From Candidatus Poribacteria bacterium (GTDB lineage Bacteria > Poribacteria > WGA-4E > WGA-3G), in contig CAXXLX010000001.1 in the NCBI GenBank assembly GCA_963665235.2, positions 2,816,001 to 2,880,000 on the forward strand: 64,000 nucleotides of DNA, written 5' to 3'. Below are positions 28,859 to 38,332 of the stretch, piece after piece; within the stretch, counting starts at the first letter, position 1, and each line of letters opens with the position of its first letter. The notes under the pieces are model-generated. The model saw only the letters and a program-made list of their open reading frames with translations. It was not told the DNA's origin and searched no databases. The translations under genes were made by a program, and so were the position numbers.

Positions 28859-29632
28859 TCACGACGTATGTTCGCGAAGCCGCCCCTCACCTAATTTCAC
28901 AAACTCCGGCTCCATCTCAAACGCAATGAAATCTCGCCGATGCCGCTTACACACTATTGGGCAGGTACCCACCCCAGCAAACGGATCCAAAACCAAATCG
29001 CCCGGCAACGAACTCGCTAACACCAACCTCTCAATTAACCTCTCAGGTTTCTGAATCGTGTTAAGGGCCTCTCTACACACCAACTCTTGTGACCTATACG
29101 TCAGTTGTTTTATATCGCCCCAAACATCACCAGGATTCTTACCTTTCGGGTTATACTTTGTTTTTCCGAACTTACCGTTTTTGACAGATGGAACGTTTTC
29201 ACAACGTTGTCTCTGTTCCAACTCAACAAGTTGTCCTACTCTTATAGCGTCAAGGTTATAGCACCTTGGACGCTTGCCCTTAATAAAATAGCAGATAACA
29301 TCGTAGTTATTCGTATAATTGATTCTGCCTTGGGCAAGGCGACTCGGTTGATACCACACAATCTTTGAACGGAGGGTTAAGAACTCCCGATAGTCTATAA
29401 AGTCGATGCAGTCCGGTTTCCCGAACAGATAGAGCGCACCGCCCTCCTTCAATTTTGGTGTAAAACTTCTAATAAGCCCGAAATTAAATTCCTGAATTGA
29501 GGAAATCTTATCCCACGCCGCCGTTGTTACGCCATACGGACCATCACACACAATCAGATCGATTGAGGCATCTTCCACCGATTTCAGTAGCGTAAATGCG
29601 TCTCCGCAATGGATAGTGTTACGTTCAAGCAT
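28859..29632 (-). CDS. Orphan beta-class N6A/N4C DNA methyltransferase
   Basis: Motif IV variant DGPY, TIQKPERL, motif I VLDPFAGVGT; no restriction gene adjacent. Confidence 0.9.
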   Translation of the reverse strand: MLERNTIHCGDAFTLLKSVEDASIDLIVCDGPYGVTTAAWDKISSIQEFNFGLIRSFTPKLKEGGALYLFGKPDCIDFIDYREFLTLRSKIVWYQPSRLAQGRINYTNNYDVICYFIKGKRPRCYNLDAIRVGQLVELEQRQRCENVPSVKNGKFGKTKYNPKGKNPGDVWGDIKQLTYRSQELVCREALNTIQKPERLIERLVLASSLPGDLVLDPFAGVGTCPIVCKRHRRDFIAFEMEPEFVKLGEGRLREHTS

Positions 29633-29681
29633 GATTCTGTTTTACAATGGGACCAACCCATAAATCACTTAGCTTGGTGAT

Positions 29682-29711
29682 ATTATACAACAATTTTTCG
29701 TAACAGGTCAA
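29682..29711 (-). promoter_or_regulatory. sigma70 promoter of the methyltransferase
   Basis: TTGACC-18-TATAAT on minus strand. Confidence 0.6.
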
Positions 29712-29733
29712 CAATTTATGGTAAAACTCTACT

Positions 29734-31188
29734 TTACATCGGACCAACCCGCTCCGGTCCCATATCCATCGCAAACATAGACGCATCAAAGCTTCTTTTC
29801 AGCAGCTCCAATTTGAGACCCTGCATCTCTTGTGTATGCCAAAGGTTATCAAACTCATCGGGGTCATTCACTAAATCGTAGAGCTCACCCTCTTCGTGAC
29901 CGTGATAAACAACCAATTTGTGATGCTTATCGCGATACATTGTGCCGAAAGTATGGTCTCGTAAATTAACGGCATCATAGTACTCACATCGCACGAAATC
30001 ACGATGATGATTCGCATCCGCTTCACCCCGCAGAATAGGAAGTAATGAACGTCCATGCATCTGCTCAGGAACAGCCAGCCCGGCTAATTCTAAAAGTGTC
30101 GGTGTTTTGTCAACTAGCTCAACAAGTGCATCGCTTTTCAAACCGCCTACAAATTGCCCCGGCCACGAGAAAATCAGCGGCACTCTCACCAATCCCTCGT
30201 AAAACCGGCACCCCTTTTGGATAAGACCGTGGTCGCCAAGTGTTTCGCCATGGTCACTTGTAAAAATAACAACCGTGTTTTCACGTTGCCCGGTCTCCTC
30301 AAGCGTTTCCAGAATCCTGCCCAACTGCTCGTCAATCAGTTGAACCATTGCATAATATGCCGCTTTGAGTGTCTTTGCATCTCTTTCCCCAACAATTTCG
30401 GAGGCAGGTTTACCGCGTGGTGGCTGCGGTAAAATCGGACTCCGGATGTCTAATTCATTGGGATGCTGTCCTTTCGACTGAAAGTCAACCTGGCGTAACC
30501 GATGCTGCTGTTCCAGGTCGCTTTCTCTGAAGAGCGGTTCCGGCATATCCTTCGGCTCGAATCTTTCCCGATGTGTCTGTGGCGGGTTGAACGGTGGATG
30601 CGGGTCATAGATATTGACACTTGCAAGCCACGGGCCATCCCGTTCCTCACGAATAAACGCAATTGTTTTTTCAGCACACCAGGTCGTTTGATGTAGCTCC
30701 GCTGGCACCCCTTCCGGATTCCGATTGAGTTCACCGAGGATATACCCTTTTGAGCGGACCCAATCCGCGTAGTCGTGCCCCACCTTCCAATCATCGCGCG
30801 GCGCATGACTATACTGCCAATAGCGGTAACCGTCAGCTGCGCGCGGTTCAACTCGGCGATAAGCACTTGCGAGGTGAAGTTTACCAATTAACCCGCAATC
30901 GTACCCGACATCTGCCAGCATTCGTGTCACAAGCGGATACGTTTCCGGAAAGAAATCGTTTCCGTTCCGCATCGCGTGTGTCGCGCTGGGGTACATCCCC
31001 GTCAGAAAGCTGGCTCGACTCGGTGTGCAAATAGGACTTTGGCAATAGGCATGCGTAAATGCCACACCCTCCGCAACCAAACTATCAATATTCGGTGTTG
31101 ACACGTACGGATTCCCTAGCGCGCCTATCGTATCATAACGCTGCTGGTCGGTACAGACCCAGAGGATATTCGGAGCTTCAACAGCCAT
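29734..31188 (-). CDS. Formylglycine-dependent sulfatase (cytoplasmic)
   Basis: PNIL..TDQ, CTPSRAS, GKLH, DPHPP, TSDHG. Confidence 0.95.
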   Translation of the reverse strand: MAVEAPNILWVCTDQQRYDTIGALGNPYVSTPNIDSLVAEGVAFTHAYCQSPICTPSRASFLTGMYPSATHAMRNGNDFFPETYPLVTRMLADVGYDCGLIGKLHLASAYRRVEPRAADGYRYWQYSHAPRDDWKVGHDYADWVRSKGYILGELNRNPEGVPAELHQTTWCAEKTIAFIREERDGPWLASVNIYDPHPPFNPPQTHRERFEPKDMPEPLFRESDLEQQHRLRQVDFQSKGQHPNELDIRSPILPQPPRGKPASEIVGERDAKTLKAAYYAMVQLIDEQLGRILETLEETGQRENTVVIFTSDHGETLGDHGLIQKGCRFYEGLVRVPLIFSWPGQFVGGLKSDALVELVDKTPTLLELAGLAVPEQMHGRSLLPILRGEADANHHRDFVRCEYYDAVNLRDHTFGTMYRDKHHKLVVYHGHEEGELYDLVNDPDEFDNLWHTQEMQGLKLELLKRSFDASMFAMDMGPERVGPM

Positions 31189-31194
31189 CGGTCC

Positions 31195-32820
31195 TTACTC
31201 TTCAATTGCTGCACTAAATCCTGCTGCTTTAATAACGTTTGCTAGTTCATCCGTACTCACAGCATTTTTTCGTACCTTAATCACCGCCAGAGCCGGGAGA
31301 GAAACCGCCGCGCTGATAACGTTTTGGTGTTGTGAAAGTGCATCCTGCACTTTAGTTACACAGCCACCTCACGTCATACCTGTCACTGTGAAAGTGACCT
31401 CCACACTTGCAGTTGCCTCAATAGGTACCGACATAAACGCGTTCAACAGCTTTCCGGATTCGGTATCGAACACCCGAATTTTTCCATCAAATCCGCCTGC
31501 GGCAAGTTGTTTACCGTTCGGGTGAAAGGCAACAGCAAAAACGCCTACTGTATCGCCTTGCATCGTTGCCAACCGTTTCCCATCTGCCACGTTATAGATG
31601 CGAACTTCACCGGCAGAACTTCCCACTGCAAACCGACTGCCATCCGCTGAAAACGTCACAACCTCAATCGAACCGGACTGTGCTTCGTAAGCACGGATAA
31701 GATTAAAATCTGTGTTGCCAACGTCTCTGCGCGTTTGACGGAAAATTCTGTAGAGCCGCGGAATCCGATCTTCTCCTGCACTCAAAACCTGGTCCGCAGT
31801 CGGATGCCGAGCAATCGTGTTCAACCCCCCATATCCTTTATTACTGGAGTTTACATCGTCCACAAAAGACCCGGTTTCGACCTCAACCAATTTCAGTGCT
31901 GAATCGCGACCACAACTTACAAAATGCGTCCCATCCAAGGAGAAAAGCGTCCCGAAAACCCAATCGCTGTGATTATCAAACTTAACCAATTCCTTCTCAT
32001 CAGCAACCGATAAGACGCGCACCGTTTTATCTGAACATCCGAACGCTACACGTTTCGCGTCCGGTGAAAAGGACAACCCGTATATCGTATCATAACTAGA
32101 ACGCATCGCCTTGACAAGTTTATTTGATGCCGTATCCCATAACTGTACCTCGCCAAACTGTGCAGGTGAACCGCCTGCCACGCCCAATGTTTTCCCATCT
32201 GTCGTATACACCAGCGATTCTATTCGATGTGCTTTGCCCACCAAACGTGATTTAAGTTCAAGGTTTGCCGCATCATATAACAGCACCTCGCGGAACCCTG
32301 AAACTGCTAGCACGTCACCATCCGGAGAATATGCTAACGCAGAAATCACGGGCGGCACCGTGTAACTTGGATAATCGCCTGCTCCCGTATTTTCAACTTC
32401 CGCGGGCGTATCATCCTTTGCTCCCTCAAGAATCCAACGCCGAAACAGCGCAACCTCTTCCGCAGAAAGCGGGTCTTGGTTCTGCGGCATAGCCGGGGCT
32501 TCACCAGAGATAAGTTCAATAATTAAACTTTCATCCGGTTTCCCCGGTACCACCGTATCGCCTGCCATCCCCCCCTTCTTCAGTTCACTGTACGATGTAA
32601 CAATCAGATCTCCACTCGGCTCCCCGGGGTGATGACACCCTTGACAGCTCCGTTTAAGAATTGGGGCAATCTCTTTATGATAACTCACCGCTGAAGCCGC
32701 CTGATGTGAGTCGGCATATAACAACGTACTTGCTGCTATCAAACACAACAAACACATGCCCACCTTTAAGAAGTGAGTTTCAGAGACCTGTCCGTTCCGT
32801 AAAAACTTCGATATTTTCAT
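31195..32820 (-). CDS. Planctomycete-type cytochrome c + WD40 + C-terminal selenocysteine HMA domain (UGA at 31369-31371 predicted as Sec; ~541 aa)
   Basis: CQGCH...AMP...WILEGA, WD40 repeats. The frame stays open past TGA: VTFTVTGMT-U-GGCVTKVQDALSQHQNVISAAVSLPALAVIKVRKNAVSTDELANVIKAAGFSAAIEE*, ending at a TAA that overlaps the sulfatase RBS. Confidence 0.85.
31326..31368 (-). promoter_or_regulatory. Bacterial SECIS-like stem-loop immediately 3' of the in-frame UGA
   Basis: UGA-GGUG-GC-UGUG-UAACU-AAAGUGCA-GGA-UGCACUUU-CACA-A-CACC: 8-bp perfect upper stem, G-first loop 23 nt after the UGA. Confidence 0.8.
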
Positions 32821-32875
32821 CTTATTTGAAAATCCCCCCTCTCGTAAAACTATTACAAAATATACCTCTCTCCAA

Positions 32876-32905
32876 ATTATATCATAATTTTCACATAAAT
32901 GTCAA
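32876..32905 (-). promoter_or_regulatory. Consensus sigma70 promoter for the cytochrome-WD40-HMA/sulfatase operon
   Basis: TTGACA-18-TATAAT with TG extended -10. Confidence 0.75.
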
Positions 32906-33110
32906 ATTTTATTAATCTATCCCTGTGACAAAAACTTTACACGCCCAATTGTGCTACTTTTCCATTTTTGACGTGCTGCTTTTTGGTGTGAGATGCTACA
33001 AACCTAGACTGGGTCTAAACAGATTAGGCAAAAACCGCATGGGTACCCGCTATTAAATGATGCTAAAAAGGTGGTAACTTGGGTTATAGTAGAAGGGAGA
33101 GTATCCGTAC

Positions 33111-35580
33111 CTAGTGCCCATGTGGGTGAGCTGAGTCATGAGGGTGTTCATGTGTGTGGCCTGAGGGCGCAGTGGATTGTGCTGGCTCTGTTGCAAGATA
33201 TTTCGAATCCGCCTTAATGTATGATGGGTAATTAATTTTCCAGACCTTGACATAGCCTGTGGCCTCTTCTCCTGTTGGGTAGGTAGGAATGAAAACATCA
33301 TTATACTCACCTCTTAAAAAAAGTTTGACAGCGAGACTGTTCCAACCGAGCGAGGGTACATAATAGGCATATTGGAGTATCGCGTGCGCGTCAAAAAATA
33401 AAATTATTCCACCGTTTCCGATCTCTACGGCTTGTAGAGAGTTTTTGTCAGTGTTTATGGAAATCTCTTTGGAAATGTTGTGATGTGTTCTAAGATGGAC
33501 AATGACAATGAGTTTTTGTTGTGCTTCAGCCGTGCTACTTGCATGATTACCTTGTTCTTGAATTGGCATTTTTGGAACAAGGTTAACAAATACAATAGGT
33601 GTTTCATCCCGGCGCGGTCGTAGTTGGTAAGGAGCACCAATGGGTGTTTCTATTTGCTTGAGTGGATAAAAAGTAAAATGTCTGTCATCGTTTGTATCAC
33701 TGCCAATGAGTGAATAAGCGTGGGCACGTCCTATGACCTCACGTTCGGTTAACATAAGATGTGTAGCGTTGTGAGTTTTAAGAAAAGTTAGTGCTTCATA
33801 CTTATCTTCCGCACAGAATACGTGTCGGTAAAAGAGATGGATCCAATGCAGGATGAAGTGGTCGGAGTCAATGATAGTATTGACACTGCTGAGGACGTTA
33901 AGTTGTGTTCCATGGGGCCAATTAGCGGCAATAACCGCATTTTGCGGGAGGGTGTTTTTTATCCATTTAAACGTTTGGGCGAGGCTCCCCTCTCCGGGGA
34001 TAGGTCTCTTCATGCGCGCAGCAGCATGAACAGCACGGTTTGCATGCCCACCCAGGGGGTTCCAAAAGAGAATAGGTATTAACAAGACAATTGCAAAGAC
34101 AGCAGCAAAACCTTTTTCCCTAATACCATGTGGATAAAGAATCTTTAAGTCCTTTAGTTTTTGTATAAGGTGAATAGGTAATAACCAGAGGAACCATGCT
34201 GTGCCAAAGGCAAGAGGGATGCCGATAAAGAAATCGTAGCGTTTCCCGCTTCGGGCAAATGCTACCCACAAGAGAAACCAGACAAGCATAGCAAGCAACA
34301 CATTTTCATTTTCCTCGGTTTCTTTTCGGCGGGATGCAATGGCGAGACAAACAACAGCAAGTCCTAACGAAATAAAAAAGAGCATATCACATGCGCTTTC
34401 CCCTATTAATTTGCTTACAGGCCAACGAAAAAAGGTTGTTGCGGTAAAGAGCATGAGCGAGCTTGCAAGCGGGAAGCCTTTCCATTTCCAGAGATAGAGG
34501 CAGGAAACTATCAAACCGATGCTGCCTAAGATAAAGATAGCACCGTATCGTCCGGGCCAATACCTGAAATGTGGGTCGGCTAATTCACTAACATTCTGCA
34601 AAAGGAGATTTCCGCGAAACATGGGGGCAGTGGTCTCAAAAGTCCCTGCATAGAAGGAAATATAACCGGCACCTGCTACGATGGCAAGGAAGGTTAACCC
34701 CCATGCAAGTTTTCGGGCATGGGGACGAAGGTATTCAACATACTTAAGAAGCAGATGCCGGGTACCGAGTAGCACGAAAACTGTTAGGGATGGCAACAGC
34801 ATGAGCGCGGAGACATGCGTAGAGAAGCCAAATCCACGTTGGTAGATAGGTGATATGAGATAGAGTGCTGGGACAAACGTGAACGTCCATATTAGATACT
34901 CCTTGAAATGGTGTTCTGCATCGGTGGTGCAGAATTTCCAAAGTTCAAGCGCGAGTATGATTAAAACAAAAAGACCAAAACCTTCCCAAGAGAGTCCCCC
35001 CAAGAAAACAGTGAATCCGGCAAGGACAGTAACAAAAAATCTGCGTTTTCCCGGTTGTATCTGTTCTTTACAAAATATAAAAAGTAACAGCAAGGAGACC
35101 CAAGAACCAGCATAAAGCATCTCTGTCACCAAAACCAGCAGCACTGCGACTGATGCTTCCAGGGAGGGTTGCCAGAAGCAAGCCTACGATAGATGCCAGA
35201 AAGAGCCCGTAAGTCCGAGCGAGGAAAATAAACAATATGCCAACACCCAATGTGAAACAGACAGTAGAAAAATAGAATTGGATGTGATAGAGAGACAACC
35301 ATGGAAACACTTTGTGGATATAAGCGATGGTGTAGGCATAGAACGAGAGAAATTTCTGGTTGTCTCTACCATAAGGCAGCCAACGATGTTCATCCAATGC
35401 AGGAAGATATCCGTGTTTCGCAATGATACTTGCCTGCCAATGGAAGGTATAAGCATCGTTTTCAGTAAATTGCCCTTCGGGAATGCGCTCTACCCCCTGA
35501 ATACGTATCAAGAAGGTGAGACACATAATGACCAAAAGGAGTATACTGGGAAACAACGTATTTGATAGAAAATGTCTCAT
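33111..35580 (-). pseudogene. STT3/PglB/AglB-like oligosaccharyltransferase, split by a 1-nt frameshift at ~35070-35085
   Basis: N-part with ENDAY and SAAGFGDRD; C-part multi-TM with ANWPHG (WWDxG-like) and DSDH; the halves join if one T is removed from TTTTTATATTTTGTAAAG; His-rich tail. Confidence 0.72.
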
Positions 35581-35591
35581 AAAAAGGAACT

Positions 35592-36338
35592 TTACCTTAG
35601 GTCAAGTTTTGCCTCGATATTTTTCATAATTTTATCGGCTACTTGATCTCCCCAATTTTCACTCAAGGTTTTCCTGATTTGAGATAAAGCGTCTACTATA
35701 TACTCTGTGTGGTCTGTCCACACTAATGCTTTGACCACACCACGCATATCCTCTAAGAACTCTGATTCATATTGCAAAGCACGTTCTTCAAGTGCATTAA
35801 GGTCCGCCTCTGTCGGATACTTTTGCAGAATCTCTTCAGGAGTAAGTGAAAACAATTCAATGATGTCGGGATATTTTTCGTTTATCTCTGCTGTTAAAAC
35901 CGCTATGAATTCATGTGTACTCTGGTGCAGTTCTTCCACTGAAAACTCGCCATCTGTTTGTTCAGTGTTCATTACATCTTGTGTGTCTATGCGGTTGGAC
36001 GCGGCATCTGATGTTTCAGGAATAATTTTCTCTGGAGACATCTCCAATTCCGGAGACACTGCTTCAGAGAATCCATCAGGACGACCTTCCGCGCTAGAGG
36101 GATGTTCTGTATGATGACCTTCCGCGGCTTGGAGATTTTCAGTTTTCGGGGTGTCTGGATTTGATAGTTTCAGGGTTGCAATCCTTTCCACTAGAGGCCG
36201 TGTATCCGTTTTGACAATAGATGTGTGTTCCGGGGTATTGTCTCGAAAGAGAATGAAGACACCTATTGACAGAAGGATACAAGTAGCAGCGATATAAGCG
36301 AAACGGCCCGATACGTTTTTCATATTTTTCGTTAGCAT
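35592..36338 (-). CDS. Hypothetical membrane-anchored acidic protein
   Basis: N-terminal TM, disordered acidic linker, helical C-terminus. Confidence 0.6.
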   Translation of the reverse strand: MLTKNMKNVSGRFAYIAATCILLSIGVFILFRDNTPEHTSIVKTDTRPLVERIATLKLSNPDTPKTENLQAAEGHHTEHPSSAEGRPDGFSEAVSPELEMSPEKIIPETSDAASNRIDTQDVMNTEQTDGEFSVEELHQSTHEFIAVLTAEINEKYPDIIELFSLTPEEILQKYPTEADLNALEERALQYESEFLEDMRGVVKALVWTDHTEYIVDALSQIRKTLSENWGDQVADKIMKNIEAKLDLR

Positions 36339-36580
36339 GAATTTGTCTCCTCTGACGAGGAAGTATCCTCTTCTGCATCTATACGAACTATAGACGTTAT
36401 CATCCAGGGCATCTTTCTATAGATATAGGTTGATAACCATGAGAAGCAGAGTATTGTCAAAATAGTGACAGCAATTTTAGCGGTGCTCCCGCCAAAAAGG
36501 CGGAAAACCTCAATAAGAATACCAAAAATACCGAAAGCAACAAACCAATAAACATATTTCCATTTTTGGGATATAGACAT
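36332..36580 (-). CDS. Small 2-TM membrane protein (paralog of the N-terminus of 36618-37070)
   Basis: GGAGG RBS before MSISQKWKYVYW; aligns with HSRWQYVYW...TYIYGK. Confidence 0.6.
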   Translation of the reverse strand: MSISQKWKYVYWFVAFGIFGILIEVFRLFGGSTAKIAVTILTILCFSWLSTYIYRKMPWMITSIVRIDAEEDTSSSEETNSC

Positions 36581-36617
36581 ACAACATCCTCCATTATGCG
36601 GATAGGAAATCGTGCTG

Positions 36618-37070
36618 TTATCTAAGCGGTTCCGGTTGTTCCCGTGTACATACGAGATATCGTTTTCCATCCGACTGAGAACGCTTAATTTGACTGTGTT
36701 TTACTTTGTCCTTGTCACATGCGAAGATCTTGTTACCACACCCCTTCAATTCCTGATTACCTTTGCAAGTATCTAAAAATTCATGTCCATCAGCTCGCGT
36801 CAAATTAAATAGATAACGAGAGATATTACCGCATTCTAAACATTTCCATTTATTCTCTGGCGTACGAACTATATTCCATATACCCCAATGTATCTTTCCA
36901 TAAATATAGGTAGCTATTACAGAGACACCGAGTATTGTTACAAAAGTCACTGCGGTGGTCGTGATAGATTCCTGCACAAAATAACCACGGATTTTAATAA
37001 GAAAACCACAGAATCCAAAAACCGCAAGCCAATAAACATATTGCCATCTGGAGTGTAACATAATATTCAT
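36618..37070 (-). CDS. 2-TM membrane protein fused to a Cys-rich module
   Basis: GGAGG RBS; C-terminal GCGNKIFACDKDKVKHSQIK resembles 37157-37795. Confidence 0.6.
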   Translation of the reverse strand: MNIMLHSRWQYVYWLAVFGFCGFLIKIRGYFVQESITTTAVTFVTILGVSVIATYIYGKIHWGIWNIVRTPENKWKCLECGNISRYLFNLTRADGHEFLDTCKGNQELKGCGNKIFACDKDKVKHSQIKRSQSDGKRYLVCTREQPEPLR

Positions 37071-37094
37071 AAAATACCTCCACTATGCTCCCGG

Positions 37095-37135
37095 AAAATC
37101 GTTTCAAGTGCTCATAGAGCACCCGAAACGATTTT
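37095..37135 (-). terminator. Long hairpin after the Cys-rich secreted gene
   Basis: aaaatcgtttc-aa-gtgctc-ata-gagcac-cc-gaaacgatttt. Confidence 0.65.
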
Positions 37136-37156
37136 AGTAAGGTGTCTTACGGTTAG

Positions 37157-37795
37157 TTAACCCCCGTAATTATCATCGGGAGAACTGACATCAGTGCAAC
37201 CACCGTCGTTGCAGCCCCTATCGTTGTAATCGACATCAGTGCAACCCCCATCAGTGCAACCCCCATCAGGCATCAGCGCAGCCGAATCGTTATTGCTACA
37301 ATCGTCATGTCCACCTACACAACCTCTATATTCTTTACCACATACCGAACAGGTTTTAGTTTGGGAGTGTGATGCTTTATCCTTATGACAGTTGTAGATG
37401 GGACTGCGACACCCTACAGGGTCCTGATCATATTTGCAGTCCCCAATTTTTTTGTGCTTATCGGTTTCTAACCCAGCTTGAGTGCGTGCAGTACCGTCAC
37501 ACTGGTCACATCTATACCTTTCTGAGCTGTTTGGGTTTGGTACAATGCTGTGTTCGTCCTCACCATGGGATCCGTTGGGATCAACACCAGGTTTATGTTC
37601 CTGCTTATTTGTAGTTGCCTCTTTTACAATATCCCAACCTGCATTGCTGGCAAAACCTGACACTAAGTCCCAAAGATCTTTGAGACAAGCTTCTGCTTCT
37701 TGCTCTGGGGTAAAAATAGGAAGGAGTATTGAACCCGTAAAACAGAGCACAACTAATAACGAGATAGTTTTGAATGAACTAGATTTTTGAAACAT
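37157..37795 (-). CDS. Secreted Cys/His-rich protein with C-terminal DGGCT repeats
   Basis: Signal peptide ending EAEA; CxxC pairs; DGGCT x3. Confidence 0.65.
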   Translation of the reverse strand: MFQKSSSFKTISLLVVLCFTGSILLPIFTPEQEAEACLKDLWDLVSGFASNAGWDIVKEATTNKQEHKPGVDPNGSHGEDEHSIVPNPNSSERYRCDQCDGTARTQAGLETDKHKKIGDCKYDQDPVGCRSPIYNCHKDKASHSQTKTCSVCGKEYRGCVGGHDDCSNNDSAALMPDGGCTDGGCTDVDYNDRGCNDGGCTDVSSPDDNYGG

Positions 37796-38332
37796 TCGTT
37801 TCTCCTTTGTAATAAATTGCTAATTACACATGTTGTCATTAACGTGGTAAAGATACCACGCTGCAATCCATTTGACTCACATGCATTGCATGGAGAGTCA
37901 GTGTTGATAGAAGGAGAAAATGCAATTTGCGAATGCCATCCGAATCGTGCTTGTTCTCATTTTACGCGGCATGTCCATGCGTTCTAGCATTTTTATACCG
38001 AAAAATGGTATTCGTGTTGCATCTTGCGTGCACGTTATGGACGACATTTTCACAAATTATATCATTTCTCATAATTTGTCATTTGTCAAATAAAATAAAA
38101 ATTATCTCATGTAAAAAAGAAGGAGAACGTCTCATTTATGCATACTGTCCCTATTGAATGCAATATGACATGTGTTCTGTTTCCACTTCTCCGAGTGCTT
38201 GTAACGGCACCGAAGTGGATATAGCCATGGGACACACAACGTTGGGTGTGTAGAGAACAGCGTTTCACAAATTATATAATGCCTCCTTCAATATATCAAC
38301 AAAAAAACGACACTATCCGTGTTGCAGTGGCA

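Noticed and set aside
31369-31371. TGA as a true stop or nonsense mutation
   Set aside because: It coincides with the motif Cys, the downstream frame is intact, and a SECIS-like hairpin follows; genome-wide UGA reassignment is unlikely because other genes here end normally at TGA
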